Shown: positions 29,201-39,500, counted from the first letter of the stretch. The stretch is DNA of 64,000 nucleotides from an uncultured virus (IMG/VR IMGVR_UViG_3300032288_004103) (IMGVR_UViG_3300032288_004103); one strand, 5' to 3'. The notes: generated by a model not told the origin, from the sequence alone. Made by a program: numbers and translations.

Positions 29201-29767
29201 ACAAATTATAATAGCGAACCAGTTAATTTTGAATTATGGAATTCTAATATTGGTTGTGCATTAACAGTCTTTAGAAAAAATAAAATACCAGGACATTTTT
29301 ATAAATTAAACTTATTTGAAGGTTCTAGTGGAACAAGATTTGCATTATATTATTATGTTGGTAATGCAAATTGTTGTGATACAACAGTTTTAGGTAGTTA
29401 TGACTTTAATGCGTTTGTCGACAAATACGATTCAAATACATATACTTTTGGTGTGGATTTAAAATATATAAAAATAGAGGGTTTTTGGAGTACTTCAGGT
29501 ATAGATTTTAAATGTGAAGATATGGTTATAAAAAATCTTTTAGATAATAAATTTAACCCAGTAAGTTCAAAAATTTCTGGTGGTATATTAACGTCACATA
29601 CCGATTTAGGTTTTAGAAGTAATGAACCTACACAATTAATGGAATTACAATGGATGAAAGATTCAACAGGTAACTGTATTAAAGTTAAAGATTTTGTAAA
29701 TCAAGAAATGGGTAAACCATATACAGATGTTTTTGGTATGGATGAAATAATAGAATTATTAAAATAA
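26207..29767 (+). CDS. Large modular protein: leader, Gly-rich hydrophobic hairpin, internal second leader, EF-hand loop
   Basis: 1186 aa; ITENQYKRIFLNE; IADIASIVSLVFGPAGLIIGGVIDLVSAIGY; LSEELKRMKSLFTDERLYGNLVNE; DTNGDGKIDEPE. Confidence 0.65.
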   Translation: MKKKIFITENQYKRIFLNEADVNPVWNPHIRMYTHPAYSDYVDVPKQFIYIKNSQGKWVQKYSAVDTYGKKQDVSIDDPDVAKERMKAYNQETFKKYIKNQTDGDKFRKWVNDTEFPERLKKVNLALKSNGLTGGFSISGPYDNNYMEIAFNSIGQFYLLDLDTKEKEKKEELKIVGQDVNNFVEYKYYLEALKTWNSSNKVYGWKSTKSVSSENIKNFLEGKISVSTCIDPKYILEKMVLLRNKMISNAMGQNKMSYEDANALLTRRTFDDKLKNYFKEIVLTPPMKLPEIKPPSLFDDNGEQKIDYTGGLGHSYFKRVELAKTIQLKNQKSYEKATKDYNADKELKAILDKLGTEFKESLIDYNTYDVVLEKINLHNITISNQTVEKLENACEDPVYNVKSFEAGYGASGGGGSSTNVDETFKWSDACKNSGGIFMYPQQNINKTNGLTQMGIIGGKVNCCCVNPTGKSTVTVDGAEGDYSVEIDIKEWCQKSSGDVRGGLEKFSQWTIDCSNDWHCIADIASIVSLVFGPAGLIIGGVIDLVSAIGYVVEQDEGWKLNAGLTILGAFGGLGEAISLSKGGIKFSSKLVNLSKELKLVENDPILTRKLLKTFAEGLSEVEKKQFKNFGKVALSQDILLKFGKGGEFLNEVNKLSKLEQGILSDMLKKETPEEIQKLFKKSGKDLQKTVNSYFKGIKQVVIQGSLFAGMYVYSEEIGLFLKDLNDKYGLDPLGIFDGSGNINAEVDKNKNIDFTRIISNSDIKNLLKPDGSNSEFKSKFTQVSANYYELYLLSRKKMIDDQEILNLLSKLDKTIKDHVYGIGLNLEKFSQPLNIGAEVCKKIQENLSKEEIKKLLNEAIISVSSLPKTKIDNSTKEMILKTNNPNLSDDEVLDLLDLLGSPEDVKKDENNTPENPPQKVDENMKKLSEELKRMKSLFTDERLYGNLVNEDFATDTNGDGKIDEPEAVEFLRGKGYVLRAKSESDVCLRPGTLLKSFQTNYNSEPVNFELWNSNIGCALTVFRKNKIPGHFYKLNLFEGSSGTRFALYYYVGNANCCDTTVLGSYDFNAFVDKYDSNTYTFGVDLKYIKIEGFWSTSGIDFKCEDMVIKNLLDNKFNPVSSKISGGILTSHTDLGFRSNEPTQLMELQWMKDSTGNCIKVKDFVNQEMGKPYTDVFGMDEIIELLK

Positions 29768-29770
29768 AAA

Positions 29771-32134
29771 ATGAAAAAAATTAATTTAGATAGTAAAAAA
29801 TTTAATTTTCTTTTAGAGAGAATGAATAAAAACAATACTCTTTATGAAGTTGAGAGTAAATCTATTTTATTAGAATCGACAATAGATGACATAATAAAAG
29901 CGGCTAGAAGAGTTCCTACAGATATTAATTTACCGACACAAGTCATAAGAATATTAGATACTTCTTTAGATGAGTTTGTAACTGATGTAAATAAAATTTT
30001 AATTTCTTTAAAAACTGGATTGAATGATTTACCTTCTCTGAAAAATACTTTAAAAGTAGAAGACATGATTTCTTCCACTAAAAAATGGAGATCTCATTTA
30101 TCTAAAGTTGTTGATCAAATTAATTTAGGACAAACACTAAATGCTTTAGAAGTTAAAAGAGGTATTTTTGATTTTATGTCAGGTAAAATAGAATTTTTAC
30201 CAGATTCAGTACTTAGAGAATTAAATGCCAATCAAATTAGTATGATTAATAAATATAAATTTTTAACACAAGAATTTAATGATTTTATTATTACGTTAGA
30301 AAAATTACAAAAAATAACAAAAAAAGTAGAATCTAATAATAGTTTAGATGATTTAATAGGTGAGTTATTAAGTGAAAGTGGTATAGTTAATTTAGATGAT
30401 ATTAAAAAAGTTTTTAATGATTTAGAAGATTATATGAAGCGTTATCCAGATGATGATATAACTGACATATATGAAGTATTTAAGAAAAAATATAATATTG
30501 GTAATAGAAATAGTGATGAAATAATAGAGTCTTTTAAAAGGTCACTTAGAGATAACCCAATTTATAAAACTTTAGATTTAAATTTAAGGAAAAAAATTGT
30601 GTCTTGGTTTAGAAAAAAATTATTAAACAGAGTTGATGAAATTAACTTTGAGTTAGGAAAGAAAGTAGATTGGGATAATTCTTTGGTTTATTATAATAAA
30701 AGTGAAGATAGTTTTTATGTAATAACTACAAAAAATCAAAAAGAATTAGATGAGGTTTATACCCAAATAAGTGATCAAGGATTTAAACCTAGAAAAACTG
30801 ATGGTAGTGAAGGTTCTAAAGGTTTCGGACTTGATGATTTATCTGAAAAAGAAAAAGGTGCTGAATATGAAAAAGGTAGAAGAAGAGAAGTATTAAGATT
30901 TAGACTTATGGCTTGGGGTATTCCTATTGTTTTGGTGGGTGGTGCTGCAGTAACATATTGTTATTATAGATTTAATACATTAAGAGATAAAGAAAAATTA
31001 GACGCATCTACAATAAGAAATAAAGAAGAAGAGAGAGGATTTTTTGGTGTTTTAACATCTTGCATAGCTGGAACATCAAAAGAGGCTTTAGAATTATCGA
31101 TAAAAGCTGGAGAATCAATTTTTAAAAATGATATTTTACCTGAAATGGCTTTGATAGAAGGAACGGTAAATATATGGTTAGATGAAAAATGTGGTAGATC
31201 CGATAGTAGAAGAGAAAACGGAAAACCTGTTAGTAGATGTACTAAATGTTTAGATTGTGAAAAAGATTTAGATAAAGAATCTATAAAAAAACTAAAAGTT
31301 AAAGGTGCAAACGGTAAAGATGTTGAGGTGGGTAAAGTTTTTTCTAATATAGAATTATTTTTAAAACCTGAACATTTAATGCCTGAAAATCCACAAAATT
31401 ATAAAGATTTAATTAAAAAAATAAAAGAAGATGGGGATAATGAAGTAATAAACGCATTTTTAACAAAAGATGGAACTGCAGTTCCTTTAGATGAAATGTT
31501 AGTGATTATTTGTAATCAACATAGTAAACAATGTATTGCTGAACAATTTAATATAGTAATGTCAGATATAATAGAAGGTAGTAAAAATCAAGATTGTGAT
31601 ACTTATGACTCTTTTATGGATGAAAAAATTAACATACTTAAAGAATATGATCAAAGAGGTTTATTATCTTGGGGTTCGGAAACTGAAAAAACTGTAGATA
31701 TTTCAGTTAATAGTAGTGGTGAAAAATTGAGTAGTTTTAAAACTGGTGATGGTAATACACCTTTTAATGGTGTAAATAGTGTAAGTCAGTTTTTAAATAG
31801 ATTAGAAGAATTTAAAATTAATACTAAAAGATTTGTTTGTGAAAAATCTGATATAGTTGTAGACGAAGAAGAACAAAATTTATTAAACAGTTCAAAACCT
31901 ATAGATTTAATGAAGGAACTTTGGGAATCTGGTGAAGTAAAATTAGAATGTCCACAATGGAAAAATGATTTAGTTTCTTCTAAAAAGAGTAAAATGAAAA
32001 TAACTATGGGGTCTGTTTTCAACGATTACTTTTCAAAAGTATTTCCTGATATAGATTGGTATGGTTCTGAATGGGAAGAAGCTTTTAATTATTGGTGGGA
32101 TAAACAAAGATTCCTTTGTAAAATATCTAACTAA
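29771..32134 (+). CDS. Hypothetical protein with one predicted TM segment; N-domain paralogous to 21497..24586
   Basis: 787 aa; LMAWGIPIVLVGGAAVTYCYY hydrophobic stretch. Confidence 0.65.
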   Translation: MKKINLDSKKFNFLLERMNKNNTLYEVESKSILLESTIDDIIKAARRVPTDINLPTQVIRILDTSLDEFVTDVNKILISLKTGLNDLPSLKNTLKVEDMISSTKKWRSHLSKVVDQINLGQTLNALEVKRGIFDFMSGKIEFLPDSVLRELNANQISMINKYKFLTQEFNDFIITLEKLQKITKKVESNNSLDDLIGELLSESGIVNLDDIKKVFNDLEDYMKRYPDDDITDIYEVFKKKYNIGNRNSDEIIESFKRSLRDNPIYKTLDLNLRKKIVSWFRKKLLNRVDEINFELGKKVDWDNSLVYYNKSEDSFYVITTKNQKELDEVYTQISDQGFKPRKTDGSEGSKGFGLDDLSEKEKGAEYEKGRRREVLRFRLMAWGIPIVLVGGAAVTYCYYRFNTLRDKEKLDASTIRNKEEERGFFGVLTSCIAGTSKEALELSIKAGESIFKNDILPEMALIEGTVNIWLDEKCGRSDSRRENGKPVSRCTKCLDCEKDLDKESIKKLKVKGANGKDVEVGKVFSNIELFLKPEHLMPENPQNYKDLIKKIKEDGDNEVINAFLTKDGTAVPLDEMLVIICNQHSKQCIAEQFNIVMSDIIEGSKNQDCDTYDSFMDEKINILKEYDQRGLLSWGSETEKTVDISVNSSGEKLSSFKTGDGNTPFNGVNSVSQFLNRLEEFKINTKRFVCEKSDIVVDEEEQNLLNSSKPIDLMKELWESGEVKLECPQWKNDLVSSKKSKMKITMGSVFNDYFSKVFPDIDWYGSEWEEAFNYWWDKQRFLCKISN

Positions 32135-32173
32135 AAATATTTACAAATAACAATTTAATAGTATAATAGTTTT

Positions 32174-32953
32174 ATGGAAAATGTATCACAAAATTTAGAT
32201 CCTAATTTTATTCCTGAGGAATATAGGACACCTTACGATTTAATAGAATTACCTTCACAAGGTATTTTATATAAAAATAATAAAAAAAGCGTTAAAGTAG
32301 AATACTTAACCGCTATGGATGAAAGTATTATTTCATCACCTAATATATCTAGCGGTAATAAATTAATTGATATCTTATTAACAAGAAAGGTTAAAGATTT
32401 AGGGTTTAATCCTGAAGATTTACTTGTTGGTGATAGAACCGCTTTGATGGTATTTTTGAGAGTTACCGCATTTGGGGAAGAGTATAAACAATTAGTATTT
32501 GACCCAAAACAAGGTGATTTTGTTGAGGCTATCATAGATTTATCTACTTTATCTCAAAAAAAATTGACGATAAAACCTGATGAGAATGGTGAATTTGAAT
32601 TTATATTACCAAAAACAAATAAAAAAGTAACTTTTACTCTTTTAACTGGTAAGGACGAAGAGATAGTTGATATGAGGGATAATGAATTTAAAAAAAGAGA
32701 TCCTGATGGAGTATCTAATAAATTAATGTTTTTATTAGAACAACAGATAAAATCTATTGATGGTGACAGAGATAAAATAAGAATTTCTAACGTTATTAAA
32801 AAATTACCTATCATAGATACTAGGTCATTAAGGAAATATATAAATGAAATAACACCAGGATTAGATTATAAAACTACTGCAAGGACTCAGGGGGGAGAGT
32901 CCTTAAATACCTTTCTTAGATTTGGGAGCAATTTTTTCTGGCCTGAACTCTAA
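32174..32953 (+). CDS. Baseplate hub assembly/tail chaperone (T4 gp26-like)
   Basis: IELPSQG..Y, YLTAMDESI, LLVGDRTALMVFLRVTAFGEEY, ends FFWP. Confidence 0.75.
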   Translation: MENVSQNLDPNFIPEEYRTPYDLIELPSQGILYKNNKKSVKVEYLTAMDESIISSPNISSGNKLIDILLTRKVKDLGFNPEDLLVGDRTALMVFLRVTAFGEEYKQLVFDPKQGDFVEAIIDLSTLSQKKLTIKPDENGEFEFILPKTNKKVTFTLLTGKDEEIVDMRDNEFKKRDPDGVSNKLMFLLEQQIKSIDGDRDKIRISNVIKKLPIIDTRSLRKYINEITPGLDYKTTARTQGGESLNTFLRFGSNFFWPEL

Positions 32954-32960
32954 CCATTTA

Positions 32961-33086
32961 ATGTATCTACATAAAGAAATTAATTATTTAGTGAATAAGG
33001 GATATTCTTATTCAGATATAATGATAATGCCAACATATTCCAGAAGAATTTTTATTAATGAATGGAATAAATCAAATACAGAATAG
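32961..33086 (+). CDS. Small gp51-like tail chaperone segment (not in ORF track), possibly expressed by frameshift
   Basis: MYLHKEINYLVNKGYSYSDIMIMPTYSRRIFINEWNKSNTE; YSYSDI..MP...R pattern of gp51/tail-chaperone C-terminal segments. Confidence 0.65.
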   Translation: MYLHKEINYLVNKGYSYSDIMIMPTYSRRIFINEWNKSNTE

Positions 33087-33121
33087 TTTTTTATTTTTTT
33101 AAATATTTATAATAAAAATAA

Positions 33122-34234
33122 ATGATGAAAAATAATTTAAAACATTTTTTAAATACCATCTCACAAATAAACGAATCAATTTATAATTTATTGAGTGAAG
33201 ATGGTATAATTGAATTACCGTCAGGAACTAATGCCAAAAAAGAAATTTTTATAGTTATTGAGGATGGTAAAACTTTTCCAAATGACGGTAAAAATTACAT
33301 TAACTTAAAAGACGCTAAAGTATATAAACCAGATGTAAAGGTAGGTGATGAAATTGAATTGGAAACCATTGATTATGAAGAGATGGAAGAAGAAAACTTA
33401 ATCAAAACATTAGAAGAACAATTATTAGATGGTAAACTTAATCAAAAAGACTTAGAACAAATTGCAATTGCTGCAGGGTCCACCAAATTTAGAAGAACTG
33501 CCGTTGGTATAATTAGGATAGGTGGTAAACTACAAAAAGTGGCAAAAACTGTAATGTTATTAAAAAGATATGAAAAGAAAATACCTCATAGTGATTGTTA
33601 TTGTGCTAGATTATTTGAAGATAATTTAGATGAACAAGTTACACCCCCAGTACCATCAAAAGACGTTTATTTAAGTTCAGTTAATGGTTATTTGGATGTA
33701 GTTCAAGATCAATTTGAGGAAACTTGGGATGAATGTGAAAAAGAGTATCCAGAGTTAAAAAAAGATAATGATAAAAGAAATGAATTATTAAGTACTTGTA
33801 CAACTATTGAGGATTGGTATACAAACGCTAAAGAAGTTTTAGATAGCATTATTGCAGATTTACAAAAATTTTTTAAAATAACAAATATTGATGTAAAAAA
33901 GAAAAAATTACAAGGTGATGCAGAAGAAGATAGTATTGCAAAACAAATTGGGATGAACGCTACAATTACATTACATTTTGAGGAAGATTTTAAAGATAAG
34001 GCAGGTACCACTATTTATAGATCTGGAAGAGACGAGACTTTTGATGTAGGTACATATAAAGAAACAGGAAGTACAGTAAAATTAGAAAAAGGTGGTAGAA
34101 AATGGTATTTCCAATTCCAAACTGCACAAACAAGAAAAATACAAGCAGGATCTGTATGGCCCGATAACGGACATAACGCACCTGATTCTTCATTATCAAC
34201 TTCTTGGAAGGGTTATATAGTTAAATATGATTAA
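33122..34234 (+). CDS. Hypothetical protein with INE/LLSE leader; short NusA-NTD-like segment
   Basis: 370 aa; preceded by ATATTTAT at 33103. Confidence 0.6.
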   Translation: MMKNNLKHFLNTISQINESIYNLLSEDGIIELPSGTNAKKEIFIVIEDGKTFPNDGKNYINLKDAKVYKPDVKVGDEIELETIDYEEMEEENLIKTLEEQLLDGKLNQKDLEQIAIAAGSTKFRRTAVGIIRIGGKLQKVAKTVMLLKRYEKKIPHSDCYCARLFEDNLDEQVTPPVPSKDVYLSSVNGYLDVVQDQFEETWDECEKEYPELKKDNDKRNELLSTCTTIEDWYTNAKEVLDSIIADLQKFFKITNIDVKKKKLQGDAEEDSIAKQIGMNATITLHFEEDFKDKAGTTIYRSGRDETFDVGTYKETGSTVKLEKGGRKWYFQFQTAQTRKIQAGSVWPDNGHNAPDSSLSTSWKGYIVKYD

Positions 34235-34239
34235 AAATT

Positions 34240-36357
34240 ATGGCAAAGGGAGATGATGATATAATGCAAGAGTTAAAACAAACTTTAGAAAATCTACGAA
34301 AGCAAGCTAAATCTTTTGAGGATACTATGGAGGGTGTTGATAGGGAAACTAGAGAAGGAGAGAAAAAAAAATTAGAATATTTAAAAGAACAATTAGAAGT
34401 ATTAAAAAAAAGTAAAACTGCATCTGATGAGCAAAAAGCTGATGCCGAAAAACAACTAAAACTAATTGAAAAACAAAATAAACAACTTCAAGAACAATAT
34501 CAAGTTACTGGTAGAATTTTTCAAGAATTTGCTAAAACTGGTGAAGAATATAAAAACTTTTTACAAACAACTGCAGCACAATATAATTTAGCTCAAAGTA
34601 TTGCTTCACAATATAAAACTTTAGGTAAAGAAATAGGTTTAGGGGCTAAATCATCTGAATTATTAGCTAGAAGTTTTAAAGATGCATTACCAGATGTTTT
34701 AGAATTGGGTATGGAAGCTTCTGATTTAAGTCAGATGTATAGTAAAATAGCAGAAACATCTGGTAGAATTACACCTGTAAATGCTGATGACGCAGAAAAA
34801 ATAATGGCTATTGCAGCAGGAACAAATATGATGGCTTCTGATGCGGGAGATATGGCTGAAGCTTTTAGTCTAATGGGTATGACTGTTGATTCTATGGAGG
34901 AAAATTTAATGGAGACATTTAAAAGTTCTCAAGCAATGGGATTAAATGCAACAAAAGTTATAAAAACACTACAAACAAATTTAAGAACTATGCAAGGGTA
35001 TTCTTTTGCCAATGGTGTAAAGGGTATGACTGAAATGTCTAAACTTGCAGTTAAAATGAGAATGGATGTAAGTGATATGTTAAATATGGCAGATAAATTT
35101 TATGAGCCTGAAGCTGCCATAGAAGCTGCCGCAAATTTACAAATGTTAGGTGGTGATATTGCAGAAGCTTTTGGTGATCCTTTTGAAACAATGTATTTAG
35201 CTAGAAATAAACCTGAAGAATTAGCTAAAAAGGTTGGAGAGATGACGGAAAACATGATGCAGTTTAATGAAGAAACTGGAGAATATGAATTTCCTGCTGA
35301 AGTTAGAATGCAATTAAAAGCTGCTGGTGAACAATTAGGTATTAATACCGAAAAAATGATTGAGATGTCTAGACAATCGTCTAAAATAAAAGACATTAGA
35401 ATGAAATTTACTTCAATTGGTGACGATGATGTTAAAGATAATTTAGCTTCATTAGCAACTTTCTCAAAAGAAAGAGGTGAATTTGTAATTCAACATAAAG
35501 GAGAAGAGCTTGGGTTAGATGAGATTAGTGATGGAATGGCTGAAGAAATTATGAAGGCAAATCAATCTGATTCTGATACTTTTAAAGATATTGCGTTAAA
35601 TACTCAAACAATGTCTGAAAATTTAAAGAATTTTCAAGAAGCTAATAAGGCTAGGGCAGTAGGTACTATTGATCTATATGAAATTACTGCTGAAGAAATG
35701 AAAGATCCTTTAAATGATATAAAAGATGGTATAACAAAAACAACTGAAGCTTGGGTGGCTAGAGGTAGAGAATTTGTTGACGATATGTTTAGAAATTCTG
35801 AAGGATCTACAATACTTTCTGAAGCTACAAAAGAACTTGGTGAACTTGGTAATTTACTTAAAGATAAAACTATAAAAAGTTTAGAAGATTTAAACGAACA
35901 ATTAGATATTTTTTCTCGAGGTTTACAAGAAACACCTAATAATAATACTAATACAGGTGCGGATCCAGAAGAAGTTTGTACTAAACAAAAAAATGGGTAT
36001 TATAAAAATGGTGTATGTTATAAAGATGCAGGTTATACACAACCTTTTGCTAAAGGTGGAATTGTAACTAAACCTACAAGGGCTTTAATAGGTGAGGCAG
36101 GTGAAGCTGAAGGTGTATTCCCATTAAGTAAATTAGAAAATTTTATTGGTAGTCAAAAAATGAATGGATCTATTAAATTAGAAGGAACTTCAAATATAAA
36201 TATAAATATATCTTCAGATAATCCATCATTAGATTTATCATCGATGCAATCATCTTTAAAATCTAAAATTGAGAACATGATAGTTTCACATTTAAATGGT
36301 ACTTTTAGAAATGGTGGAGTTCCATCAAGTAAAGAGGCTACTGATTATATGGGTTAA
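34240..36357 (+). CDS. Tape measure protein-like
   Basis: Ala/Met-rich helical coiled coil; C-terminal FAKGGIVTKPTRALIGEAGEAEGVFPL motif; lies after the chaperones and before baseplate genes. Confidence 0.75.
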   Translation: MAKGDDDIMQELKQTLENLRKQAKSFEDTMEGVDRETREGEKKKLEYLKEQLEVLKKSKTASDEQKADAEKQLKLIEKQNKQLQEQYQVTGRIFQEFAKTGEEYKNFLQTTAAQYNLAQSIASQYKTLGKEIGLGAKSSELLARSFKDALPDVLELGMEASDLSQMYSKIAETSGRITPVNADDAEKIMAIAAGTNMMASDAGDMAEAFSLMGMTVDSMEENLMETFKSSQAMGLNATKVIKTLQTNLRTMQGYSFANGVKGMTEMSKLAVKMRMDVSDMLNMADKFYEPEAAIEAAANLQMLGGDIAEAFGDPFETMYLARNKPEELAKKVGEMTENMMQFNEETGEYEFPAEVRMQLKAAGEQLGINTEKMIEMSRQSSKIKDIRMKFTSIGDDDVKDNLASLATFSKERGEFVIQHKGEELGLDEISDGMAEEIMKANQSDSDTFKDIALNTQTMSENLKNFQEANKARAVGTIDLYEITAEEMKDPLNDIKDGITKTTEAWVARGREFVDDMFRNSEGSTILSEATKELGELGNLLKDKTIKSLEDLNEQLDIFSRGLQETPNNNTNTGADPEEVCTKQKNGYYKNGVCYKDAGYTQPFAKGGIVTKPTRALIGEAGEAEGVFPLSKLENFIGSQKMNGSIKLEGTSNININISSDNPSLDLSSMQSSLKSKIENMIVSHLNGTFRNGGVPSSKEATDYMG

Positions 36358-36389
36358 AAAATATTTTTTAAAATTTTTTTGATTTACTA

Positions 36390-36418
36390 TTGACTTTTCA
36401 AAAATAAATTCCTATTAT
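36390..36418 (+). promoter_or_regulatory. Sigma70-like promoter
   Basis: TTGACT-17 nt-TATTAT. Confidence 0.5.
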
Positions 36419-36550
36419 TACAAGGACCAGTATATTTCAAGTAATATTATATATTAGTATTAAATAAAACAAGAACAAATATAATAATATTATTTTAATT
36501 TTCCTGAATTTTATTGATCTAATATTTATATAATAAGAAAAATATTATAT

Positions 36551-39500
36551 ATGGCAGGAATATTAGATTATAATAAAGGTATATATTCTACACAAGCTTA
36601 TAGAGATAGTTTATTAGGTAGAAATTTACCGCCACCTATTAATCAAACTTTAACTCAGGCAGGTCTAACTTCATTTTTAAATGATATTGGTAAAGTTATT
36701 AATGTACCTGTAAATGGTACTACTAGTGAAAATATACCCACACATTATAATGAAAATGAAAATTTATTTCCTTTAGGTAATTTTTTTAGAACAACACAGA
36801 ATGTTAATCTTAATAGATATATACCACAAGATGATATATATGAAGTTTATGAATTAACATTTCCACCTAATTTAGGTTATCCATTACCTGAAGGTTTTGG
36901 TAATAAAGTAAGAGATGATTATCCTACATCTTACAATCAAGAACAATTTTTTTTAGTAAATAAAGGTGATCAGAAAGGTGTAAAATTTCCTTTTAATGTA
37001 ATTGATACGTATAAATCTTTAAATTTCCAAAGAGAATCTTCTTTAGGATTAATTGGTGGACAACAATTAGAAAAAACTGTAATTGATAAAATTGCACAAA
37101 TTTCAGAAGAAACTGGTAATTCTAATAAAAAAACAGGATATATTACAGAACCAATAGGAAATATTGTTGATAATTATGTTGGTAAATTGAGGGGTAATAT
37201 ACAATTTTTTAATACTTTACCAAATGATGCAATTGGATGGAACGAATATAACAGTAGTGCAAAATCAGGTGATGAATTATTAAAATCAGATTTAGATTTA
37301 AAAGAAGGAGTTGTACCAACAATGTCAACAGAAGTTAGAATGAAAACTTTGTTAGAAAGAACAAGTCCTACACAAGTTTCTTTTGCGTTTAATTTATTAA
37401 ATAAAAATGATTATAGACCTCTATATGAAGATAGAAGATTAGCTGGTACATCAGATGCAGGATTGAACGCAAGGTATTATATTGGTACAGAAAAAAATAC
37501 CAATAGAGGTAATAGAATAACTAAAGTATTTGAAAGTTCAGATTTCAACGGAGAAGTAGATACTACAGGTAATGGTGCGAGAACTACAATTGAAGGTGTA
37601 GGAGAACCATTTGGTGAACCAAATAAATTTTTCTGGACTACTGGTGGAGAACAAAGATTTAATGAAAAAACTTTATTATATAAAACACAACAATTGGTTA
37701 ATAATAATCAAGATAGTGTTTTTATTAATCAAACAAGAAAGTACTTTAAAGATAAACAACAAAAAAGAATTATCAGTAGAGGTAATGGAATAAAAAATTC
37801 AGATTTAATAGATATCGATGGTAATGGTAATTATTGTAGAGTATGGACTGTTACTGATAGATATAGTTATTTAAACGCAATAAGAAATACTGGTTTATTT
37901 TATTCTCCTGATAATGATTTAAATGGATTTTCAGTTACGGAAGGTAGAGCTAAACAAAGTGTATTAATGGATAATGGTATACCAAAGTATCATCCTGTTA
38001 TAACGGATTCAGAAACTACGAGAAAAAAGTTTATGTTATCTATAGAAAATTTAGCTTGGACTGATAATTTAGCGGATTTACCTTTAAGTGAAATTGGTCC
38101 GGGTGATATATTAAGTGGTAATAAAGGTAGGATAATGTGGTTTCCACCATATGAATTAACTTTTAGTGAAAGTACTTCTGCGAATTGGAATAAAAATGAA
38201 TTTATAGGTAGAAGTGAACCTGTGTATACTTACAGTAATTCATCAAGAAGTGGTGATTTATCATTTAAGATACTTGTGGATCACCCAAGAGTTATAAATT
38301 GTTATAGAGGTAAAAGTACTAATTTAACTGAAAGATTCTTTGCAGGATGTACGACACCTGAAGAATTTTTAAGGGCGTTAGAGTGTTCTGTATCTACAAG
38401 TGTTTCTGATGAAATTAAAGTAAAATTAAATGAAAAAGAACCTGTAAAAAAGGTTGATACAGAAAAAGTTAAAGATGATGGTAAAGTTTTACTTGATAGA
38501 GATAAAGAATGTACCGAATCAACAGAAAATTGTATTGCTAAGATAAAACCAAATCAAGCTAATTTAGATGCGATAGTAACTAAAATAAAAACATTTTTAG
38601 AGAAACAAAGTAGTAACACAAACCCTAAAGTTAAAATATCGTTAATTGGTTGGGTAGGTAAAGGAGTTACTGTGGATAAGGATGGTGAACCTACAGGTGA
38701 CGATGGATCAACTTTAGCTAAAAAATTCGCAAATGATGTTAAAACTGAAATTTTAACTAAATTAAATTCTTCTGGAATCGATCCAAAATTAATTTCAAAT
38801 ATATCCACATTTGAAACAAAAGGTAATCCAGCATTTTCCACCGATGAGGATAATGACTATAGAGTAGATGTATTGATGGAAAATGATAGTGAAAAATCTA
38901 AAGATTTAGATCCTAAAGAAAAATCTGGTGAAGACTCTGATAGTTTTAATCCTGAAGACATAAGATTGATTGATAATCTTATAATAGATGAAAGTGTTTA
39001 TTTTGATTTTATAGACGAAAATTACCCAAACTATTTTAAGTATATATCTGAGAAAATAAAATATTTCCAACCAGCTTACCATAGTATTACACCAGAAGGA
39101 TTTAATAGTAGATTAACATTCTTAAATCAATGTATGAGACAGGGTCCTAGTATATATGACAAGAAAACATTAAAAGATGGTACAGAAGTAGGTGTACAAC
39201 CACAAAACTTATCATTTGGTAGACCACCTGTTTGTATTTTAAGAATAGGAGATTTCTTTCATACTAAAATTATAATCAATAGTCTTTCAATAACATATGA
39301 TGGACCACAATGGGATATTAATCCTGAAGGTATAGGTGTACAACCAATGATTGCCACAGTTTCATTAAGTATTGATTATATTGGGGGACATTCATTAGTT
39401 GGTCCATTAAATAGATTACAAAATGCATTATCATTTAATTACTATGCGAATACAGAAATGTATGATGTTAGGGCAGATTATATAAATGCATCTACAGGTA

